DNA of 64,000 nucleotides from Paraspadella gotoi (lineage: Eukaryota; Animalia; Chaetognatha): NCBI GenBank assembly GCA_051294375.1, contig CM119271.1, positions 2,849,611 to 2,913,610 on the forward strand, written 5' to 3'. The notes below the pieces were generated by a model. It was not told the DNA's origin, searched no databases, and saw only the letters and a list, made by a program, of their open reading frames with translations. Both the position numbers and the translations under genes were made by a program. This document shows positions 1-12,994 of the stretch, in pieces; positions within the stretch are counted from its first letter, which is position 1, and each line of letters opens with the position of its first letter.

Positions 1-360
1 TTCTGGTAACCTCGATTCGTTCCAGCAATTCTGGTTATGTAAAGATGCAAATCATGCAATGCTTGCTAAAATGCTGGTTGGAAGATACGCAATGCATATG
101 AATTGGTTCGACTACTAAAACATTATCCATTCAATAATTAACCAAGCTATAACAAATGCCGGATTGCCTGTGATGCTTATTGGGACGGGGCATCTAACTG
201 TTGGCTTTAGGGGCTTCCAAACCTCAGTGGCACAGTCCGCCACTAACGTGGTTACCCTATGATTGACTCGCTTTGCCAACACAGAGGGAAGTCATTAGGA
301 CGGTGGTTAGAACTCATGGTTGGGATGGTGTGTTCCCCCTCTGAGCCATTAGGATTGACT
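1..360 (+). mobile_element. Possible degenerate non-LTR retrotransposon fragment (restriction-like endonuclease region, CRE/Hero-like)
   Basis: Broken frames read HAML..VGRYAMH..IINQAITNAGLPVML and HRGKSLGRW, reminiscent of the HxxxC..GR..RH..IN.II.RAL..AG.P..LEP..W..GKSL C-terminus of such elements; stops and frameshifts present. Confidence 0.3.
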
Positions 361-729
361 GAATGAAGTCGGAGTTGGAGCGGTGTGAATACACTACCTC
401 AAAGCTATCTTTCCCCTCACCATTCACATTTCTACCACTTCCCTCTTCTTCTCTCTCCTTACCTTCACCTGTCCTCAATCTCACCACTGTCCTTTTCTCG
501 ACCTTTGTTGGAAACTTTATCTCTCTCTCCCTTTTTCTCTCTCTCTCTGTCTCTCTCTCTTTCTCTCTCAATGTCTCTCTCTCCCTCTCTCTTTGACTCA
601 ATGTTAAGATTTGTCTGATTGTTCACAAAGCCAAAACATGTCCCTATGTAAAAATAAAAATCGTTGTAAATAAACAAATAAACTTTGTTTTTCTCTTAAA
701 CATAAAAAGTAAAAATTCTTTTTTTTTAC

Positions 730-1569
730 CTGTAAGATTTTCAAAATTTGCGCCGGCGTCTTTTAGGGCTTCTTCAAAATTTTTAGAGGAGAATCTTCCA
801 AGAAGTTTAATGATTCCTGTAGCTCCCACTGTAAAGCCAAATGTATTTTAGTTATTACTACTGGCTGAAATAAACAAGCTGAAGAGACAGTGATAATTGT
901 TATTTGTTAGTGACAGAACCGTTCAATATAAGCAGTTCCTGAGCTTCAGATCAGGCTGTAACACCATGTTACAGGCGGGTTAAGCGCCTCGTCCCTCTTA
1001 ACTGCTAGGCGACCACCGGGCTAGAACCACCGGACCTTTGACCTTTGGCTGCTGATGAACGGTTGGTGGATTTTAGTCCACCATAAAGCTATCTTGCTAT
1101 GGTAAGTTATGCTATTGGTAAGTTAAGGCCTTCATTCTTCTTCATTTGCCTCGGCGTGAGTATAAGAACCAGGAGTAATGGAATTAAACCCTAATGAAAT
1201 TTTGTGAAATTCCTCCTCTTAACTTAAATAGCAAGTGATCAAATAACAATCTATCAAATTCCTTACCATTAGTTGCTGCCGCTGCTGCCCCGGTACTCGC
1301 GGCGACGATTTCCATGATGACTCCAACCGGAAACAGAGGTGTGAACAAGAACGCTGCCCCGATGATGGCGGTGGTAGAAGCAATAAGACCAACGGAACTT
1401 CCAACAATATTAGTAATATTCACATTTTTCTTATGCTTCTGCAAATTGTCCACTTGAACTTCGAAAGCCGTTTTTATCTTTCTCACAGCCTCCATTTTCC
1501 AATTGGAAGCTTCTTTATTCAGTTCCGTGGTAATCGATACCAATTCTTGGATTTTTTTAAGTTGAAGAG
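730..1569 (-). CDS. Apolipoprotein L-like exons (1569-1267 and 828-730); later exons not identified
   Basis: Spliced translation ..VDNLQKHKKNVNITNIVGSSVGLIASTTAIIGAAFLFTPLFPVGVIMEIVAASTGAAAAATN/VGATGIIKLLGRFSSKNFEEALKD.. matches the ApoL pattern (L.K.H.....NVVGSSVG....I.G....P); GT-AG junctions, all phase 1. Confidence 0.75.
880..1085 (-). mobile_element. Solo LTR, family A (tRNA-head/twister TRIM), partly deleted, in the ApoL intron
   Basis: Reverse-complement copy of LTR 38701-38931; termini TATGG..TCTTCA; 4-bp TSD AAGC (876-879 / 1086-1089). Confidence 0.9.
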
Positions 1570-1867
1570 CTTTTTAAAAAGAAATATGACACAATGAAAA
1601 ATGGCGTCACGTTACTGTTCCGTGCATAAAAATATTTACTGTTCAATATTATTATATTTCTTTTTATTTTTTGAAATGTTATAGTTTCATATGTTGATAT
1701 ACAAAATATCAATGAAAAATATTTTTTTGACTGAATATTAGGCCGGAACAGGTTGAAAACTAGAAGTTCTTTCAAATACATAATGTAAAGGTGACTGTTA
1801 AGAGAATATGAAAATAAAAAATAAATTTTAAAAAATTATTTCATTAATAGCGCACGGAAGCCTTTAA

Positions 1868-2745
1868 GGGGACCAAGTGAACAGGGGGGTAAAAAAGCTG
1901 AAAACATAACGTTTGACCCTTAACCTAAGCTGGTTCTGATCATAATTTTTTCTTCTATAATCATTTGGGAAAGTAAGTTAAAAAATTCGATAAAATCAGC
2001 GAGCCTTAATTTTCTTTAAAAAAATTGGTAAGAAGAAAATCTTTTTCAAGTTTAAAAATTTTTTTTTCCAAAAAGAGTAAGATCTAATTTTAAAAAGATT
2101 TTCAGCTTTTATTACACAAAAATTTATAAGAAAAAAAACTAGGATGAATCAAAAATTTAAGGTATCGACTGATTTTATATTTAAACTTTCTTTCAAATGA
2201 TTCTGTTAATTGGATGAAAATAAAACTCTTTGAAATAATATAAATATAAAAAGAAGAGAAAGATTCTGTACTTTTGCTAAATTTTTAATTGTTAATAATT
2301 AGGAATGCAATATAGTTTAATTATACATTTAAGGATGAATATGAATATTAATTAATAATTATTACAGTTTTGTTTCTGTAAGAATAGAATTTAGGTTTGA
2401 TTTGTCTGCTTTTAAGTAAATATAAAAATAAAAAAATATTAGTCTTGGTAAAGCCTTTGTTCAATGAGGCTTAAACCTAAAATTATAGCTTTGTACAGTA
2501 AAAAATAAAAAATTGAATTAATAAAAATACTTTCTAATGCAAAAATAAAATAATGGATTATATAAATATTTAGGTAGGGTCAGACTAAATTTTTTTTCAT
2601 AATTATTAAATTTTGTTTCCGCTACATAAGAAGATAGGAATTTTTTTGCCACTTTCCCGTGCAAAGAAAAATTAATGACTATCACCATTCAATTCCTTTG
2701 ATGATAGACCCTTAAGCTTATGAATCATTTTTATCACTGGTCCCC
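1868..2745. mobile_element. Non-autonomous DNA transposon, Kolobok-type
   Basis: TTAA TSD on both sides; TIR GGGGACCA..GTGA / TCACTGGTCCCC (RR..YY termini). Confidence 0.7.
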
Positions 2746-3076
2746 TTAAAGATTATTTTATTACTAATTAAAGTTAAAATTTTTTTTTGATTTTTCAATT
2801 TTTTTTTATAGATTCTAATAGAGCTTTAAGTTAGATAAAGGTTATTAATACAAATTTTACAAAATTTTTTTGTTGTTATTGATAAAAATTTTAAAAAACC
2901 ATAAAGATTCAGCCAATGATGATGATGATGATGATTTTTTAACGTTTTTTTTGTTTTTAACCAATTTCTTGTCAAAATTTTAAAAAATTATAGGACTAAC
3001 TTTCATTTAACTTTTCAAGCTTTATAAGAATCCGTTAATAAATAAATTTAAAAAAAAAATTTTTGTCATTTGTTAT

Positions 3077-5747
3077 CATTTAAGTAAGTAGACAGAGATT
3101 TCAATATTAAACCAAAGTAGAATTTTATTATCAGAATATAGACATGAAGACAGTGTCAATTTTCAGACAGTGAATCAAAGCAGAAACAGAGGCTATTTAT
3201 AATGGGCAAGTAGACGAAGCCAGATTCCTCTTCCGGAATCCTCCTCTTCCTCTTCTGGAACCTTCTTTTCCTCTTCCGGAAACTATTGTTCCTTTTCTGG
3301 ATTTGGCTTCCAAAATCCCATTCAAAATCATTCCAGAATCTTCTTCCTCTTCCGGAATCCTCTTCCTTAATCCTTTCCTCTGTTTCCGGGTTTCATTCAT
3401 CTGTGATGCGTCCCCCCCTCCTCAGACGACGGCGTACGTGGTACTGGTACTGGTACTGGTACTGGTCAGTCGGTAGCCGGAGTACGTTTCCGTAGCTTTG
3501 TAATTGTTGTTGTTGTTTCTGACCGATTGGTTTAATCTGTTTTGTTTTAACTCATGCTCTCTTTAACTTCCAATCTCCATGGGGATTTTGTTTTGTTTTT
3601 TTTTGTTTTAATTTTATATTTCCTTGGCTTCTTAGANNNNNNNNNNNNNNNNNNNNNNNNNNNNNNNNNNNNNNNNNNNNNNNNNNNNNNNNNNNNNNNN
3701 NNNNNNNNNNNNNNNNNNNNNNNNNNNNNNNNNNNNNNNNNNNNNNNNNNNNNNNNNNNNNNNNNNNNNNNNNNNNNNNNNNNNNNNNNNNNNNNNNNNN
3801 NNNNNNNNNNNNNNNNNNNNNNNNNNNNNNNNNNNNNNNNNNNNNNNNNNNNNNNNNNNNNNNNNNNNNNNNNNNNNNNNNNNNNNNNNNNNNNNNNNNN
3901 NNNNNNNNNNNNNNNNNNNNNNNNNNNNNNNNNNNNNNNNNNNNNNNNNNNNNNNNNNNNNNNNNNNNNNNNNNNNNNNNNNNNNNNNNNNNNNNNNNNN
4001 NNNNNNNNNNNNNNNNNNNNNNNNNNNNNNNNNNNNNNNNNNNNNNNNNNNNNNNNNNNNNNNNNNNNNNNNNNNNNNNNNNNNNNNNNTGGCATTTAAG
4101 AGCAGCATGAGGTGTGGTAGTTGTTCTAGTCACTTGTTTGGCTGGTCTTCAACTGCCTTGCGGAGGGTTTGCCGAATTCGTCCAATATCCCTTTCGGCCC
4201 TGTTGCTGTCCTTTCGGCTTGGTGGAGTGATTCCCCGGTTTGCTCGCCTGCCACAATCCGGTAGGTTGGGTTGTTGTTGTGACCAGTTGGGCGTAGCTTC
4301 CTTAGACCCAGTCTTTCTCCACGCTTTATCGGGTTAGGTCTGTTCCTTGGCTTCTCTTTGACTGGGTGTTCCTTGGGCGAGGGTGGTGGGCTGGTGTCCA
4401 GTGGCCTTGGTTGGTTGACTGGGTCTGGTTGATGTGAGGAAGTGGGCGGGTCTGGTCGGGATATAGGTTTTTGTTCNNNNNNNNNNNNNNNNNNNNNNNN
4501 NTTCCAATAAATGTTAAAATTTCAAAACAGTTTTTTCTAAGATTTTTTTGCAGATTTGGATTCGTCATAAAAAGTTGAATAAAAAAGAAATATAACTCTT
4601 TTAAAAAATTCCTTCATTAAGTGGGTCAAAAATTAGAAAAAACTATATTTTAAGCTGAAAATTAATTTTTTATATATTAAATATAGTTTTTTGTATTTTT
4701 AAACCCACTTAATGAAGAATTTTTAAAAATAATTTATATTTTCTTTATCAACTTTTGACGAGGATTCAAATCTGCAATCAAAATTAAGAAAAAGCTAATT
4801 TTTGAAATTTCGATTTATAAGGATAGTACTAATATATAAATATAGCCTACTGCAAAAATTAACAAACATAAAATTAATTTTTTACAAATTAATGTTCCAC
4901 TGATGGTATGTGTTTATAATTGACCTTTAGAATTTTCGTACGTAACTTTCACTACGCCTTATTAAGTAGTTTGTACATGCGCGATGCCGTGGACTTGCCT
5001 CTCAGCCTGTTTGCTGTCTCAGCAATTGTTCTTACTTTTTGCCTGTTGCTAAGGGTAAGGTCCCTGTGTATTTATTTCCATGATTTTGTGGCCAGAGCTT
5101 TGGTAAGTTTCTTTTAGCTTTTCCTGTTGCTCCTTTTGCGGTTTTGCTTTTGGCAGTGATCCTGTAGAGCACCATCCAGCTTGAATGAGTGGAATTCTAG
5201 TTTGTCTTGGATACTGCTACTGTCTTCTGTGCTCGCGGCGTCCTTGGCTGGTGCCGCAGCCCCTTTTTTCCATTGAAAAAAAATTCCATCCCGGTCTGGT
5301 GAAGGGATGTTGGGGGCAGAGTTGTTGTCCATCTTCTTTAGGGGTGGTGTGGTCGAGGTGGGGTAAGGCTTGATTCTTCTTGGAGACGTGGTGAGTCGAG
5401 TCCACTCCTGTCACCACATTTAAGTAAGTAGACAGAGATTTCAATATGAAACCAAAGTGGAATTTTATTATCAGAATATAGACATGAAGACAGTGTCAAT
5501 TTTCAGACAGTGAATGAAAGCAGAAACAGAGGCTATTTATAATGGGCAAGTAGACGAAGCCAGATTCCTCTTCCGGAATCCTCCTCTTCCTCTTCTGGAA
5601 CCTTCTTTCCTCTTCCGGAAGGTATTGTTCCTTTTCTGGATTTGGCTTCCAAAATCCCATTAAAATCATTCCCAGAATCTTCTTCCTCTTCCGGAATCCT
5701 CTTCCTTAATCCTTTCCTCTGTTTCCGGGTTTCATTCATCTGTGATG
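3077..5747 (-). mobile_element. Degenerate, gapped Ty3/Gypsy LTR retrotransposon (LTRs 5747-5417 and 3408-3077)
   Basis: Two ~330 bp direct repeats; PBS TGGTGACAGGAGTGG (tRNA-Leu-like) at 5416-5402; PPT GAGGAGGGGGGGA at 3423-3411; TSD TTAT; integrase remnant TPPSRKDSNRAERDIGRIRQTLRKAVEDQPNK*LEQLPHLMLLLNA at ~4230-4091. Confidence 0.85.
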
Positions 5748-7957
5748 TTATATATTAATAAATATTTAAAGCTTAGTGCAAAAACCCAATGAACTAATTC
5801 AAAAAGTTGCATTGAAAATCGATTTAGTAATAGAAAGAAAAAGAAATTTTTTTGAGAGAATTAGGAAGTTATAAAAAGTGTTCAATTTTGGCCCGCCTTA
5901 CTGAACATAGGGTGAAAGATGATAAATTTATTTAAAAAGTTACCTATTCATATTTATTCATAGAATTATAATATCATGTAAAAACTAAAAATTAATAGTA
6001 CCAATAGTTATCTCAACTAGACGGAAAAAAAACCTCGTTTGGAAATTAGATCGGGAAGTGTGGTAACTAAAGATTACCAATGGAATCCTCCACACCGATC
6101 GTTCTTTCAAATTTTTAATCTATAATAAAGAAGACAAAATGTTTTTTTAAAGAGATTAGTCATAATTAAATCAAATTATTTAATTATTTAATTATTTAAT
6201 ACATTTGAAAGGGAAAAAAAGAAAATTTGGAATGCAGGTTGCAGAAAGGGTACAAATAATCTGGAAATATTGACATGATAATCATGACATTTTATGTCTT
6301 GTGAAATGGGGCAATAAAGAAATAAAAAATTTGATCATTAGGTTAGTCAATGAACCCTTTTTAATGGGCTTAAAAATTAAAATGGATGATAAATAATAGA
6401 ATTAAATTCTTTGTATAAAGGTTGTTATATTTTTAAAAAATTATCAATACAATTTAACACAATGATGTCTTGCTTTGTCAGATATGTTACTAGCTATGTA
6501 ATTTTTAAAATTTTATTATAATAAACTAGCAGTGTATTAAGCTTTTTGTTTGAAGATAATGAAAAATAAAGATTTTTTTTTTAACAGACAAGAAGGTAGA
6601 CGTCCAGAATGTTTATATCAAGCTGAAAACTTTTTTGTATTTATCATTTTTCATATTTAAAAAGATATTTTATCAAGCTATAACATAAATTTTTGCTTGT
6701 TACTTGCTTGTTTTTACTTTTAACTGAAAAATATAAGCAATTTTATGGAATAAAAAAAATTTAATAGTAATCAAAATGTAATTAAGTCAAAAAAAAATGA
6801 AAAATTTCATTTATTGAAATTTTTAAAGCAAAATCCTGTTATACTTTTAACTATGATTTAAACATAAGCTGTGTAAAGATTTATGGATTTAACTTAATAA
6901 AACTTTTTTAGAAAGGTGTCCCAAGATTAGGGCTTTAATTTGATACCACACCCACCCTGCTACCTCTTTTTTTTTCAAAAGTTATTTAATAAAAAAAAAA
7001 TTATTAAACTACGCAGTACAAATCTTTGTTAAATAAAATTTCGGCAAAGCGGGAGTATCTCACTTATTTCTATTGGTACAATACTTAAATTTTAAAGTAA
7101 AACTTGAAGAAAATTTTTTCGTCATTTAGAGACATATCACTTTCAGATGTAATCATCATATAACAATTTATTTATTTATTTCCCAAAAAAAGCCTAATTA
7201 GAAAAGTTGAAATTTTTTTAAATTGTTGAAAAAAAAGTTTGTCCGACATATGCTCATTGAGCATAATGGTTTTGCATAGAAAATCAAAATATAAAAAAAA
7301 ATTTAAAAATAATCATTTTTAAAAAAATTAAAAGGCTTGAGGCTGATTTTTTAGAATTACAAAATTGTTTTCCTAACTCGAAATCCATTATCCTCAAGTT
7401 TCAAAATATTTTTTTTCAAAATCATTCAATCAATTTAAAATGTTTTTATGATGTTGTTTTTGTTTGAAAGAATTGAAAAAAAGTGAAAAATATAGTAATT
7501 ATATAAGGTTTTTGAAAATACCTCTAAAATATTAGATAATTAGACACAAGGGGAGTAAGCAGAGAAAACTTACCATTCATAAAAAAAATTGAAAATGAAT
7601 TTGTCATATTGTTATTTAGATTAATTGACTAATTACAAGCTAATGATTCATATAAATTTAAGAAATGATGAGTAAAAAATATTCACCTTGGTCTCGGTTA
7701 ACTATTAAGTTATCGTTAAAGTTTTGTTTTAATAATATTAATATTCCTTTTGCATTTATAAAAGCAATTGTCTAACGTAGTATACATCGAACATATTACC
7801 AAAAGTAACAATCAATTAATTTGGCTCAGAAATAACTTTAAAGGGACAAAATCAGCACGAGACCGTTTCGCCACGTTATTTTTCATCGTGTCATAATCGG
7901 TTTAAAAATTTAAAAATGTAAAAATCTTGATAAATAATCATGCACACATTTTCTTAC

Positions 7958-9253
7958 CATGATCATCTTCCCAATTTCCTTCTACGGAAACTATCATATT
8001 GAAAGAAGCCATCAGTAAATCAACATAAAAGTCTCCATCAGAAAGTGATACTAGTGAGGATTGTTTGGCGGTAAATTTTGATATTATTGTCTTTATTATT
8101 TCTTCGGTTTGTGCAAAAAACGACGCAAGATCCCAATGACGATATGGATTGCTCATGTCTTCAACGACCTCAGGATCAGTAGAAGGAATCGGAAGACTAT
8201 GAACATCAAAATATTCAAAATGATCCTGAATCGTTGTCCTTTCTTGAATATAATCCTGAATGGAGCACGGTTCCTTGTTTTCGTCTCTTGGTCTAAAATC
8301 CAGATTTCTAACGATCCATGAAAAGCTGGGATTATAGGCTTTGGATGAATCTGTTGTGAAACAACTGGAAATTTGTCGCATGAACTCGGCCTTCTCCAAA
8401 TCATTCCCATTGGGATTTTCAGTATTGTACACTATGACCGAAGATATCAAAGGAATTAAGGACAGAATTTGATGATCTATACGATCATTGGTTTGAGATC
8501 CAAAGATTCCTTCAGTGTCCATCAAAAAAAGATTCAATTCCGACTTATCATCCATTGTAACCCTATTCAAAATAGAGGAAAAAGAGTTTTGTTTGAATTA
8601 AAAAACTTTATGTACAACGAAAATATGAGGTTCCTAACTTTTTTGGTGTTTTCGACATCCAAATTCCAACAGTATGCATGTGCTTAGAGTTGGAAAAATT
8701 AGCAGATTGATGAAATTGTGATAAGAGAAAAGATTTTCCAGTCCTGAAAGGTAAACAACCGCATTTTAATTATTTATAATTATATTTCAAAGTTGGACTT
8801 TTTATAATTGGTAATGTCTTGTCAAGATACTCACTTTTCTGGTCCAACGATGGTCAGAGCAGCGATGGGTCCCTTGATGCCTTTCAGAATCTCCAAAGCT
8901 TCTGGATTCAAAACCAAACAAGTTTTTTCCTGCTCTTGCTCACTTTGGTCATTTGCTGACTGTTCTCCTTGATCATTCTTTTCTTGATCATTTCCTGCTT
9001 GTTCTCGTGGACCTTGTTCTTTTTGTTCCTTCCCCACCTGTCTGCGCTCCTGAAATTTCCGCTTTAAATTATTCCACCACGATATCTTATTATTGCCCTG
9101 CCCTGGCCCTTCTTCCTCATGCCCGGTCTGTTCCTCTTGTCCCTGCTCTTGACCGTGCTCTGATCGCTCCACTAAGCAAAGAGTTTGTGTTAGGCAATCC
9201 CATCGGTAGTTATTAGGAAAGGCTAGAGGGAGAACGTCTTGAGGTTCGGCCAT
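7958..9253 (-). CDS. Guanylate-binding protein (GBP/atlastin family) GTPase domain; exons 9253-8835, 8743-8639, 8562-7958, then an unresolved downstream exon
   Basis: Spliced frame gives PLAFPNNYRWD..LVLNPEALEILKGIKGPIAALTIVGPEKTGKSFLL (G1), HTVGIW (G2), LMDTEG (G3), LISSVIVYN, PSFSWIVRN (G4 region), LPIP; GT-AG introns of 91 and 76 nt with compatible phases. Confidence 0.9.
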
Positions 9254-9352
9254 TTTGAATTGAACTTAATAGTACGCCACGATGTTGATCTGTTTTTTTG
9301 TTTCTTTTAAACTTTTTTCTGGATTTAATCATTAATTGTTAGTTTGAGAGTG

Positions 9353-9500
9353 GAAAACTTTGTTTACAAACAACGATTTTATAAACAAACAAATAACGGA
9401 CATGTTAAAGATGAAGACTTACATTACAAGTAAGTCGAAACATGTCCGTTATTTGTTTCTTAATAAAATCGTTGTTTGTAAACAAAAATACAAAGTTTTC
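9353..9500. repeat. Palindromic MITE-like hairpin just upstream of the GBP start
   Basis: Nested inverted repeats, e.g. aaacaaataacggacatgtt / aacatgtccgttatttgttt and gtttacaaacaacgattttat / ataaaatcgttgtttgtaaac. Confidence 0.6.
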
Positions 9501-10330
9501 TTCTCTCAAACTAATTTTAAAACGCAACGAAAGAAAACATTCACACAATATCATTAATTGTATAGTTTTCTAAAAAAAAAGACAGAGAGCTTTAAAAACG
9601 GAATGAGCAAGAGAAGATAGTGAGTGCAGACGTCACATTAATTCTTCTTGGTTGTTCACCCAATCTTTTACCGACATTTTTGAATAAGTTGTTTTATTTT
9701 TATCTCGCCAGACGGGCTCATGCCCATCCTGGCTAGATTTTGTTTCGGCTCAGCTTCTTTGTAAAGTCGTCGTTAGCGTTGTCGTCATTGTCAACGCTTT
9801 TTTCTTATATAGTTTTGTCTGGGACTTACAATTTTTTTTTTAATAAAAACTACTACAAATTACCGATGTGATTTTTAGACATTGTTATAATTTCCTTTCT
9901 TTTGGATGGATCTTTATAAAAGTGTGCGATCATAGTAAGTTAAAAATTTAGATATGGCTTCTTATCTTTAAGAAATTTACAATTGTCATGTTTCATATGG
10001 AATAAAGTATTTTTTGTTTGAATTTCTTTCTCATTATGATTTACTGCAATATGCAAATTACATTCTATAATCTAATTTGCATATTGCAGTAAATCATATT
10101 AAAGAAAAAATTCATACAAAAAATATTTGATCAATGAAAAACATGTGATTTTAAATGACCTTTTTGATGGGAAGCTATATCTAAATTTTAACATAAATAA
10201 AATACATACTTTTACAACTTCTAATCGAAAAAAAATGTAAATATTTCAAATTGTAAACGGTTGTGACATTTTTTGTTTTTCTTTAAATTATATATATATA
10301 TATTTTTTTGTCAGGCTCTGCCTCTTCATA

Positions 10331-12805
10331 TTTTTAGTCGGATCTGCTTATCAGCAGATCCCGACTCTATAATTCACTTTGTCGGTCCGTCGGTCCGCCC
10401 CCTCAATATTGTCGGGCACTAACATATATCATGTCAGAACATCGAATTATGATAAATTATGCAAAAAAAATTGATGTCCGTCCGTCCGTCTGTCCGTCCC
10501 ACCTTAGCAAAAAACACCAATTACTCGAGATTGGATGGATGGATTGGAATGAAATTTTGTGTGTGGGTAGGGAAGTGTATGATTGAGCTAGATATAAAGT
10601 TTCGATGGAATCGTCCGAGTGGAAATGAGTTTAAATGGAAAAAACAAAAGAATATATTTCACTATTTGAACACCAATTGCTCATGAGTAAATGGGGCGAT
10701 TGGCCTGGAATTTTATATGTGGGTCAGGGAAAGTGTGCTTGCATTTGAAACAGAAATCTCAAGTTTCCGATTGCGATATCCGTTTGAGTGGGAGGAATGC
10801 AGGTTTATAATGGAAAAAAACGAAAACCATGTTTCACTAATTGATTATGCTTTCTTTGTTCCTGTTTATAATTAATAAATCAAATAATTAATTCAGTTAA
10901 TCTACATCAATAGTGCCAATTAATTAATCCCAATAATTCATAATCAAGCTTAGATAAAAGTATTTGACCGGGAATTTGGTCGCCCAGCTGCGAAATCGCA
11001 GTGTAAAATGGAAAAACATAAGTCACATGTTACTTGAAAATCCTTTATGAATTTATGGCATACCTAATAAATGTTTTTAAATCTAATTAAGTTAAATTAA
11101 TTGGAAAAATATTTGCCAATTTAAAAAAATTATTGCAAGTTGAATAAAATTGATGCAAGCTTGAAAAATGATTGCCAAGCTTAAAAAATCTTAAAAGCAT
11201 AAGGATTCGTCGCAATTGCCATAATTTGCTCAGAAGGAGAGAGATAAGAGCATGAGGAGAGGATATAAAAAGGAAATTTTAAAACTTGATTCTTGCCAAT
11301 AGGGACACAAGAATGATACACATAAGCCACGGAATGCGATGCATAATTTCTTTACCGAGTTCAATTCCCTAATATTCAATCTTTTTTAACAAAAAAGCCA
11401 GAGAGAGAGATGAGTAGAGAGGAGAGAGGGACGTTTTCGGTCACGAAATCAAGTCAGCGGCCAGCCAGCAGAGTCCAGCCAGAAAAAGAGAAAGAATCAA
11501 AAGGCAGCCAGCCAGAAGCAGCAGGAGAAAAGAGAGAAAAAGAAAGAGCCCCTGCAGAGCCTTCTGCAGACCGTTTTTTTCCCGATGAATCAGCACGTGG
11601 AAAAGAGAAAGAGATAGCTACATATAATTAAAAGAGAGAAAATCAGTTAATTAATCAATAATTAATAATTAGTCAATTTATCAATCCAATTAATTATTCA
11701 ATCAATCAATTTAATTATCTATTAATTAATTATTCAATCAATTTATTTATCTATTATTTAATTATTCAATCAATCAATCAAGTCAATCATTATCGGCATT
11801 ATTCTCATCGTCGTCATTGCTTTTGTCATCGGTTAGTGACGAAAATACCTAACCAACACCACACACATTTTAAGTAAGTAGACAGATTTTTCAATATGAA
11901 ACCAAAGCTGGAATTTTTTATCAGAATATAGACATGAAGACAGTTGTCAATTTTCAGACAGTGAATCAAAGCAGAAACAGAGGCTATTTATAATGGGCAA
12001 GTAGGACAAAGCCAGATTCTCTTCCGGAATCCTCCCCTCTTCCTCTTCCTGGAACCTTCTTTTTCCTCTTCCGGAAGGTATTGTTCCTTTTCTGGATTTG
12101 CGTTTCCACAAATCCATTCCACAAAATCATTCCAGAATCTTCTTTCTCTTCCGGAATCTTCTTCCTTAATCCTTTCCTCTGTTTCCGGGTTTCATTCATC
12201 TGTGATGCCATGATAGATTGAGATGAAATTTTGTGAGCCGGTAGGAAAGTGGTGAGAAGAAGCCAGATATAAAGTTTTGACGGAATTGTGCAAGTGGAAA
12301 TGAGTTTCAATGGAAAAAAACATAAGTCACAAGTTACTTGAATCTTTATTATAATGATTACTAATAAATGTTTTATTAATTAATTAATTAATAATTGAGA
12401 AAAAATGATGCAATTTAAAAAAAATATGCAAGTTGTAAAAATGATTGCAATTGAAAAAATGATGGCAAGTTGAAAAAATGATGCAAGTTAAAAAAAATCT
12501 TACAAAGCCAAATCGTCGCCAATTGCATTAAAAACAAAAAAGGAGAGAGAGAGAGAGAGAGAAAGAGACAAAATAAAACAGAGGATATTTGTTTGTTTTG
12601 ATAAAATGTAAACAAAACATATTTAATAACTGTCCTGACCCAATTTTAAGGACATCGATGATGATAAGCTGAATATAAATTTATAATTAATTATTAAATA
12701 TTAAAATTAATTAATTAATAAATTAATTAATTAATCGATTAATAAATTAATTAATTAATTAATTAATTATCGTAGGCAGATCTGACATTGTTTGCTCAAA
12801 CTTGT
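10331..12805 (+). mobile_element. Helentron-associated (HINE/DINE-1-like) non-autonomous element; related ends at ~16765-16800 (-) and ~18513-18543 (+)
   Basis: T-rich start, 5' palindrome tagtcggatctgc..gcagatcccgact, (GTCC)n microsatellite, internal tandem repeats, 3' subTIR gcagatctgac plus short hairpin and cttgttt end. Confidence 0.6.
11866..12207 (-). mobile_element. Solo LTR of the Gypsy family at 3077-5747
   Basis: Same ~335 bp sequence with the same CAT..ATG ends; TSD not recoverable. Confidence 0.85.
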
Positions 12806-12994
12806 TTGTTTATGCATTATCTTTGAATGTTTTATTAATGTTATATTATTTTTGAATGTTTTATTAATATTGTTTCTTTTTTATACTTGATTTTTTTTTG
12901 TTTAAAAAATTTGAATTTTGAACGTTCTTGAATATTATATTTTATAGTTTCTTATGGATTAGTTCATAACATTTTATTCATGAGTGCATTTAAA

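Noticed and set aside
1050-1090. CTGATGA followed by a hairpin, possible hammerhead ribozyme
   Set aside because: No GAAA after the stem; it is the antisense of the family A LTR 5' hairpin
3547-4133. Long ORFs containing X
   Set aside because: Artefacts of the N gap
6078-6119. Possible internal exon (IKNLKERSVWRIPL) between GBP and ApoL
   Set aside because: Open only in phase 0 and gives a stop after the phase-1 GBP donor; cannot be supported without cDNA
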